From an uncultured Acidobacteriota bacterium (GTDB taxonomy: Bacteria; Acidobacteriota; Terriglobia; Acidiferrales; UBA7541): a DNA stretch of 64,000 bases. Position numbers and translations under genes: made by a program. The first letter of the stretch is position 1, and each line of letters starts with the position of its first letter. Shown one piece after another: positions 56,204-64,000 of the stretch. The notes beneath the pieces are model-generated. The model did not search any database, was not told where the DNA came from, and saw only the letters and a list, made by a program, of their open reading frames with translations. The stretch lies in the NCBI GenBank assembly GCA_963725655.1, contig CAVRYY010000002.1, positions 332,261 through 396,260 on the forward strand, read 5' to 3'.

Positions 56204-56623
56204 GTGGCCATCGAACGAACTTTTGCAATGATCAAGCCGGATGCCGTGGGTCGCGGACTCGCGGGCGATATTCTCAGCCGCATCCACACCGCCGATTTTC
56301 AGATCGTGGCCGTCAAGTCCACGCGTATGACCATGGAACAGGCCGGCGGTTTTTACGCGGTGCATCGCGAGCGCGGCTTTTTTAAGGAGCTCTGCGAATT
56401 TATGAGTTCGGGCAAAGTGATCGCGATGGTGCTGGAGGGTGAAAATGCGATCTCCCGGTGGCGCTACACCATGGGCGCGACCGATCCCGCGAAAGCCGGG
56501 GAAGGCACCATTCGTAAAGCCCTGGGCACCAGCATCCAATTCAATTGCACCCACGGTTCCGACGCGCCAGAGACCGCGGCATTCGAAATCGGCTATTTCT
56601 TCGCCGGCAGCGAATTGATTTAG
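56204..56623 (+). CDS. ndk: nucleoside-diphosphate kinase
   Basis: GTG start. ERTFAMIKPDAV ... NCTHGSDA active-site His. Confidence 0.95.
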   Translation: MAIERTFAMIKPDAVGRGLAGDILSRIHTADFQIVAVKSTRMTMEQAGGFYAVHRERGFFKELCEFMSSGKVIAMVLEGENAISRWRYTMGATDPAKAGEGTIRKALGTSIQFNCTHGSDAPETAAFEIGYFFAGSELI

Positions 56624-56692
56624 CACCGCACCACGCCTTAGTTGACGCTTAGCGGGGCTCAACGCGCGATACATCGTCGGTAGAGCCTCGCA

Positions 56693-57091
56693 TCAGCCGT
56701 CCTGCGCTGCTTCTTCGTAATGGCCGCAAATCTCCACCGCACTGATCCCTTCCATCCATTCCCCCCGCGTGCTAGCCTCGCGCAGGAATGGATGCAAAAT
56801 GACGATAATCGGCGAGTGCGAGCAGCCATCGAGAAACCGTTGGGCTCGGTGTCGCTCCAGGTCAATGCCGCAAGCTTTCGCTTTTTGGCTTAAAGCAAAA
56901 CAGTAAATTTGTTGCGGTTCGGCGAACTTCTGTGGCTTGTTTTCAATGAGTTGCGAGGTGGTATCTCTACCATGTTGCGATTCAGATTCGCGACTGTGCG
57001 GCGCTGCACTCGGGTCGGCGCGCGCCTCGAACACGACCGGCCTGAATCCGGTAGAATGAGCCCAACGGTCTAATGCTCGTCCAAGAGCCAA
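56693..57091 (-). CDS. hypothetical protein (weak)
   Basis: It is the only ORF covering 56690-57090. The C-terminal half is Cys/His-containing, no family was recognised and the start is unclear. Confidence 0.25.
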   Translation of the reverse strand: MALGRALDRWAHSTGFRPVVFEARADPSAAPHSRESESQHGRDTTSQLIENKPQKFAEPQQIYCFALSQKAKACGIDLERHRAQRFLDGCSHSPIIVILHPFLREASTRGEWMEGISAVEICGHYEEAAQDG

Positions 57092-57318
57092 TGCGCGAAC
57101 TCGGCAAGGGGCTGCTCCTGATCGGAGCCTTGCTCGGTGTTGCCGGTGCCTTCTTTTTCTTCGGCGGGCGCTTGCCGTTTCGTCTGGGACGCCTGCCTGG
57201 CGACATCGAGTATCACGGACGCAACGGCGGCGGCTTCTACTTTCCCATCGTTACTTGCATCCTACTGAGCGTCCTGTTTTCAGTGGTGATGTGGCTGGTC
57301 GGGCACTTTCGCCGTTAG
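57091..57318 (+). CDS. DUF2905-family small membrane protein
   Basis: GRLPGDIEY ... FYFPIVTCILLSVLFSVVMW pattern. Alternative start 57073. Confidence 0.7.
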   Translation: MRELGKGLLLIGALLGVAGAFFFFGGRLPFRLGRLPGDIEYHGRNGGGFYFPIVTCILLSVLFSVVMWLVGHFRR

Positions 57319-57330
57319 AGCAAAACGCTG

Positions 57331-58845
57331 ATGACTCAACTGCCATTCCCTTTGCCTCCCGAGGATTTCGTTCCCCGCCGCCGCTTGTGGACGGTCAGCG
57401 AGCTGAACGAAAAAGTCCGCTCGTTGCTGGAAGGCGCGCTGCAGGAAGTCTGGGTGGAAGGGGAAATCTCGAATTTCCGGCCGGCGCAGTCCGGGCATCT
57501 GTATTTCACGCTGAAGGATGCGCGCTCGCAGATTCGCTGCGTCTGCTTTCGCGATCAGGTGCGCGGGCTGAAATTTCGCCCGGAAGACGGCCTGCACGTC
57601 ACCGTCCGCGGATCGCTGGGCGTCTACGCGGCCCGCGGCGAGTATCAGATTTACGTGGCTACCTTGGAGCCGGTGGGCCTGGGCGCCCTGCAATTGGCCT
57701 TCGACCAGCTCAAGGAGCGGCTCAACAAGGAAGGATTATTTGACCCTGCGGGCAAAAAACCGCTGCCTGCCGTCCCGCGCAGAATCGGAGTGATCTCCTC
57801 TCCTACCGGGGCCGCGATTCGCGACATCTTGCACGTGCTCGCCCGGCGGTTCGCCAGCGCCCACGTGCAACTGTATCCGGTGAAGGTACAGGGCGACGGC
57901 GCGGCGCGGGAAATCGTGGAAGCGTTGCGGTACTTCAATATCTGGCAGTCGGTGGACGTTTTGATTGTGGCCCGCGGCGGTGGCTCGCTCGAGGATTTGT
58001 GGGCGTTCAACGAAGAGATCGTGGCCCGCGCGATTTCCGATTCGCGGATTCCGGTGATCACCGGCGTCGGTCACGAAACCGATTTCACCATCGCTGATTT
58101 TGTCGCCGACGTCCGCGCACCCACGCCCTCGGCCGCGGCAGAGATGGTCATTCGTACCCGGCAGGAATTCGAGAAGCAGATCGCCGAGGCGCATCGCTGC
58201 TTGGTGCGCCGGATGCAATACCTGCTGTCGGAATGGCGGCATCAGGTGCGCGATCTGCAGACGCATCGTGGATTCCGGCGTTCGGAAATCCTGATCCGCC
58301 AGCGCCGGCAGCAAGTGGACGAATACAGCACCGCCCTCGCGCGGAATTTGCGACGGCGGTTGGATGGTTCGCGCCACCGGCTGACCTCGGCGCGATCGTC
58401 GGTGGCCGCCTTCGATCTGCGCGGGCGAGCGCGTGCGTGGCGAGCGAAACTCGAACGCCAGTCGGCGGGGATGCGGGTGGCATTGGATCGCGCGGTGGTG
58501 GTGAAGCGGCGTCGGCTCAATTCCGCGCAAATGCACTTTGCCTCGCTCGATTTGCGCGGGCGCGTAGGGAATTTGCGGCGGCAACTCGAGCGCGGGGCCG
58601 GCGAACTGGCGGTGCGTATCGACCGCCTGCTGGTGGGCAAGCGCCGGCGGTGGGAGGGTTGCGACTTGAAACTGCGTGAACGCAGCCCATACGAGCTGCT
58701 GAAGCGCGGATACGCCATCGTCTACGACGCCTCGGGCAAAGTGGTGCGTTCGGTGGACGAGGTCGCTGTAGGTGATGCGATCGGAGTACGCCTGGCGCAG
58801 GGGGAGATCGATGCCACCGTCCGCGGCAAGAAAAATGTCTCGTAA
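57331..58845 (+). CDS. xseA: exodeoxyribonuclease VII large subunit
   Basis: OB-fold start [23 protein letters not shown], catalytic core [13 protein letters not shown] ... [11 protein letters not shown], coiled-coil C-terminus. Confidence 0.9.
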   Translation: MTQLPFPLPPEDFVPRRRLWTVSELNEKVRSLLEGALQEVWVEGEISNFRPAQSGHLYFTLKDARSQIRCVCFRDQVRGLKFRPEDGLHVTVRGSLGVYAARGEYQIYVATLEPVGLGALQLAFDQLKERLNKEGLFDPAGKKPLPAVPRRIGVISSPTGAAIRDILHVLARRFASAHVQLYPVKVQGDGAAREIVEALRYFNIWQSVDVLIVARGGGSLEDLWAFNEEIVARAISDSRIPVITGVGHETDFTIADFVADVRAPTPSAAAEMVIRTRQEFEKQIAEAHRCLVRRMQYLLSEWRHQVRDLQTHRGFRRSEILIRQRRQQVDEYSTALARNLRRRLDGSRHRLTSARSSVAAFDLRGRARAWRAKLERQSAGMRVALDRAVVVKRRRLNSAQMHFASLDLRGRVGNLRRQLERGAGELAVRIDRLLVGKRRRWEGCDLKLRERSPYELLKRGYAIVYDASGKVVRSVDEVAVGDAIGVRLAQGEIDATVRGKKNVS

Positions 58846-58931
58846 ATACGGCAGCAAATACCGCATCGCAATGCGGGAGCCTGTGTAGCGGGCAGGGAAC
58901 TGACGGGTGGACGGTAGCACAGGAGACAACG

Positions 58932-60737
<1,806 letters not shown>

Positions 60738-60955
60738 AACGAAACATCGGCGTTTCGCGCCGAGACGGCTCACCCGCCAAAAAGTGTCCCCTTTCATTAC
60801 ACCGGGAAACGGTATTGGCACGCCGGAAATAATTTGCCACAAATGTCACGTTTCGTTTCCTATCCCAATCGCATTTCTATGCGAATCAACCACTTAGTTT
60901 GAGACCCTTTGGGTGCGCGTGTGCATCTAATCAAGCCTGGGAGCACACTTACGCC

Positions 60956-61297
60956 ATGCGTGAACATCTGAATCGTTGGAAGAATTACTTCCGCGAACCT
61001 CTGGGCAAAGCGCAACTGCGCCGGTCCTTGTGGTGGGCGGCAGGCATTGCGGTTGTTTTGCAGATGTATTTCGTGCGCGAATTAATTGCCGCGGAAATCA
61101 TTTTCGGAGTCTTCTTCGTCGGTTTATTTTTCGTAGCGAGCGCGATTTATTTGGTGGCCCGCCTGGGCGAGCAGGGTCTGCGATGGTCGGAAAGTGGAGT
61201 GCGCTGGTTCGGAAATTCGGCGCGCCGCGGTGGAAGCGCCTGGGAATATTTTACTCGGAAGTCTCCGGCTCGAGCCAACTCAGAATCCGCGTCGTAA
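60956..61297 (+). CDS. hypothetical membrane protein
   Basis: Two predicted TM helices (WWAAGIAVVLQMYFV; IIFGVFFVGLFFVASAIYLVA). No family recognised. Confidence 0.45.
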   Translation: MREHLNRWKNYFREPLGKAQLRRSLWWAAGIAVVLQMYFVRELIAAEIIFGVFFVGLFFVASAIYLVARLGEQGLRWSESGVRWFGNSARRGGSAWEYFTRKSPARANSESAS

Positions 61298-61318
61298 CGC
61301 TTTGGCGTGAAGATTTTT

Positions 61319-62101
61319 CTAAGAGAAAGCCATGCCGCCGTCGACGTTCAGTACTTGCCCGGTAATCGCGCTGGATTGATCGGAAGCGAGGAAAACAGCA
61401 GCAGCCGCGATCTCGTCAGCCGTCTGCGGGCGCCCTTGCAGGATGCTCTTGTTCAGGCTTTCCAGGATCGCCGCCGGATCCATCTGGAAATGATTCGCCA
61501 GTGCGGCGCCCAGTTCCTGTGACATCTTGGTCTCCGGCACTGGCCCCGGGCTGATGGCATTCACGCGCACCCCTTTTCGCCCGCCCTCCGCGGCTAGCGT
61601 GCGGGTCAGTCCGATCAGTCCCGCCTTGGACGCGGCGTAAGGCCCGTTCATCGTGAAAGCCGCTTTGGCGGCGATACTTACGATGTTTATGATCGCCCCG
61701 GAGCCTTGCTTGTACATTTCCGGAAGCACCAGCCGCGCCAGCAGAAAAGGTCCCCGCAAGTTTACCGCCATCACCTCGTCCCACTCTTCCGCGCTGATTT
61801 CTTCGGTCGGCTGCACCGGTCCGTAAATCCCGGCATTGTTGACCAAAACGTGCACCGCGCCAAAAGCTTCGCGTGCGCCATCGACGATCTTGCGGCAGTC
61901 GCTGGTCCGGCTGACGTCTCCCGCAACAAATGCCGCCTGGCCTCCGGCAGCCTTGATCTCCCCGGCCACCGCTTCCACCTCAGCACCGGTGCGCGCCGTG
62001 ACCAGTACTCGCGCTCCCTCAGCCGCGAATTGCAGGGCAATTGCCCGCCCAATTCCTCGGCCTCCACCAGTGACAATAGCCACTCGATCCTGTAAGAGCA
62101 T
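61319..62101 (-). CDS. SDR-family oxidoreductase (FabG-like)
   Basis: SD ggagg precedes ATG 62101. TGGGRGIGRAIA, NNAG, YAASKAG. Confidence 0.85.
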   Translation of the reverse strand: MLLQDRVAIVTGGGRGIGRAIALQFAAEGARVLVTARTGAEVEAVAGEIKAAGGQAAFVAGDVSRTSDCRKIVDGAREAFGAVHVLVNNAGIYGPVQPTEEISAEEWDEVMAVNLRGPFLLARLVLPEMYKQGSGAIINIVSIAAKAAFTMNGPYAASKAGLIGLTRTLAAEGGRKGVRVNAISPGPVPETKMSQELGAALANHFQMDPAAILESLNKSILQGRPQTADEIAAAAVFLASDQSSAITGQVLNVDGGMAFS

Positions 62102-62379
62102 CTCCACCTCCCGCAAATCCCCCGGAATCATAGCACCACTGGACAAATGCCTCTTTGCCGGCTGTCGGGCAGCCGGAACACGAAGCGTCGGCGGCGCGGT
62201 CGGCCAAGGCGCCTACGCAAAGATGCCGGTTTGCCCCGCCACTTTGCTTGGTATAGCTTTTATCAAGCAGCGGGTCGTTTGCGGACATCCCGCGTACCTG
62301 AAGGGTAAAACGAGCGCAGAAGGTCGGCTTAAACCCTGTTAGGGCGCCGTGAGCCGACATATTATTCTGACAGACCTCT

Positions 62380-62643
62380 ATGACCATTTTCGCCATAACC
62401 ACGCCCCCTTCAAACGTGCAGATCGGCCCTGCGATCACCCGTCATTTCCCAGGCGAGCACATCCAAGCCTGGGACGGTTGTTGGTTCATCGCCAGCCCAG
62501 GAACGGTGGGCGAGGTCGCAGCCAAACTAAGCGTTGCTGACGGAAGCGTTGGAACTGTGATTGTTACATCGGTAGCGAATTACTGGGGCCGCGCCAACCC
62601 AGAAGTTTGGGAGTGGCTAAATTCCAGATTAGAGCGCAAATGA
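62380..62643 (+). CDS. hypothetical small protein (first gene of an overlapping pair)
   Basis: 87 aa in a lower-GC patch. Its stop overlaps the next start (ATGA). No family recognised. Confidence 0.5.
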   Translation: MTIFAITTPPSNVQIGPAITRHFPGEHIQAWDGCWFIASPGTVGEVAAKLSVADGSVGTVIVTSVANYWGRANPEVWEWLNSRLERK

Positions 62644-62975
62644 CGCCCAAAGAAGAGCAAGGCCGTGGACGGGAAACCACACCCCCTCGGATGGGGGAGA
62701 CAACTCCGCCCGTCTATCCGTCCGGAGACTATACCTACGTGCTGGAAATTGTGATGTCTATGCAAGGAACGATGGGCAAACTTACTGAGGCGGTGGACTC
62801 TCTAAAGGCTCAATCCAAGACTCAAGGCGAGAAGGTGGATCAGATCGGTAAGGATATCCATGCGGCGAAGGTCGTCGTGGGCTTCATCGGCGGATTGATT
62901 GCCGTTACCGCAGGATTTCTGGGCTGGGCTATCAAGGAATTTCTTCAGTATCTTTCGTCCCATCCCCACGCGTAG
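62640..62975 (+). CDS. hypothetical small protein with coiled-coil and a C-terminal TM helix
   Basis: 111 aa. Disordered N-terminus, helical KLTEAVDSLKAQSKTQGEKVDQIGKDIHAAK, and TM VVVGFIGGLIAVTAGFLGWAI. Confidence 0.5.
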   Translation: MTPKEEQGRGRETTPPRMGETTPPVYPSGDYTYVLEIVMSMQGTMGKLTEAVDSLKAQSKTQGEKVDQIGKDIHAAKVVVGFIGGLIAVTAGFLGWAIKEFLQYLSSHPHA

Positions 62976-63155
62976 CGAATCCCAAGAGTCGAAACACGCA
63001 GAATTCCTTCATTCCCGCCAAACCATCGTTGCTCGGCTCCCAAAATGTGCCCCAGTCCCCTTCGGCGCTTCAAGCTAGGGGGCACAAACACCGGCAAAAG
63101 CCGGTAGCGAGAAGCGGGCCGAATCGGTTAAGATAAATGCTTCAAGGAGTGCCAG

Positions 63156-64000
63156 TTGGCTCTTACACAGATCAATAACTTGACCGCCGCTGCCGGGGTG
63201 AAAACCCTGGTTCGCGTACGCCCCCGGGGATTTTGTGCCGGAGTGGTGCGCGCGGTAGATATCGTTGAATTGGCCTTGGAATTGTATGGCCGGCCGGTGT
63301 ACGTCCACCACGAAATCGTGCATAACCGCTACGTGGTGGAAGAACTGCGGCGTGGCGGGGCCATCTTTGTTGAGACCATCGAAGACGTGCCGGAAGGCGC
63401 GGTTCTCGTATTCAGCGCCCATGGAGTGCCCCCGCGGGTGCGCGAAGAGGCTCAGGAACGCTGTCTGCGGGTGATCGATGCGACGTGCCCACTGGTTACT
63501 AAGGTCCATCTGGAAGCGCTGAAGTTCGCGCGCGAGGGCCGCACACTGATTCTCATCGGCCACAAGGACCACCAGGAAATCGTTGGAACCTCCGGCGAGG
63601 CTCCCGAACAAACGGTGGTGGTGGGTAGCGTAGAGGAAGCCGAGGCGCTCGAAGTGGAGCGTCCCGACCATCTCGCGTTTTTGACCCAGACCACGCTCTC
63701 GCTCTACGACACCCAGGAAATTGTAGCCAAGCTGCGCGAGCGCTTTCCGGCGATCGTCGGCCCGGCTTCTGATGACATTTGCTACGCCACCCAGAACCGC
63801 CAGGAAGCGGTGGAAGCGCTCACCCGCGAAGTGGACATGATCTTCGTGGTGGGCAGCGCGAACAGCTCGAACTCCAACCGCCTGGTGGAAGTGGCCAAGC
63901 GAGCCGGGGTACCGGCGCGATTGATTGAAAACGCGGCCGATATTGATGCAGCGGAGTTAGGCAGCGCGACCAATATCGGATTAACCGCTGGAGCTTCCGC
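63156..64000 (+). CDS. ispH: 4-hydroxy-3-methylbut-2-enyl diphosphate reductase, 3' end outside window
   Basis: Frame 3 is open to the window end. RGFCAGVVRAVDIV, FSAHGVPP, ATCPLVTKVH, GHKDHQE, NSSNSNRLVE. Start proposed at TTG 63156 (AAGGAG 6 nt upstream); 63180 or 63198 are alternatives. Confidence 0.85.
   Translation, partial: MALTQINNLTAAAGVKTLVRVRPRGFCAGVVRAVDIVELALELYGRPVYVHHEIVHNRYVVEELRRGGAIFVETIEDVPEGAVLVFSAHGVPPRVREEAQERCLRVIDATCPLVTKVHLEALKFAREGRTLILIGHKDHQEIVGTSGEAPEQTVVVGSVEEAEALEVERPDHLAFLTQTTLSLYDTQEIVAKLRERFPAIVGPASDDICYATQNRQEAVEALTREVDMIFVVGSANSSNSNRLVEVAKRAGVPARLIENAADIDAAELGSATNIGLTAGAS

Noticed and set aside
57736-58929. 397-aa minus-strand ORF opposite xseA
   Set aside because: It is antisense to a well-supported exonuclease VII large subunit, and the peptide is low-complexity.
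63075-63671. 198-aa minus-strand ORF at the right end
   Set aside because: It is antisense to ispH, whose conserved motifs are all present in plus frame 3. ispH is missing from the ORF track only because it has a non-ATG start and runs off the window.

Overview
A GC-rich bacterial chromosomal segment. Gene content and repeat style suggest Acidobacteriota, but that is inference only. About 60 protein genes can be supported, and most are core metabolism or envelope functions. They include uxuA, a MarR-controlled RND efflux operon and a TonB-dependent receptor behind a cobalamin riboswitch. There is also nth, an egtD-egtB ergothioneine pair, a cysM-mec-cysO-moeZ sulfur-carrier cysteine operon, a GGDEF+PilZ pair, mntH and pckG. 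Further along are a frameshifted FadN-type beta-oxidation enzyme, three tandem secreted amidohydrolase paralogues and M1/M20/M49-like peptidases. The window ends with trpD, sucCD, ndk, xseA, an acyl-CoA dehydrogenase and a 3'-truncated ispH. The one clearly accessory region is a 3.9-kb decayed integrative islet (2557-6425) inserted in tRNA-Pro(UGG). It carries a broken integrase/xis module, a Gp49/XRE toxin-antitoxin pair and arm-type repeats. I found no rRNA, no CRISPR and no convincing new defence system. The most unusual observations are listed here. (1) The resident tRNA-Pro is chimeric and carries an extra nucleotide. (2) A structured intergenic repeat occurs at two loci and shows compensatory stem changes. 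(3) In the amidohydrolase triad only the middle gene keeps its metal ligands. (4) The CysO-like sulfur carrier ends in GG-R rather than GG. (5) A lower-GC pair of overlapping small genes of unknown function sits at 62380-62975. Many long ORFs in the supplied track are antisense shadows of real genes and were rejected.
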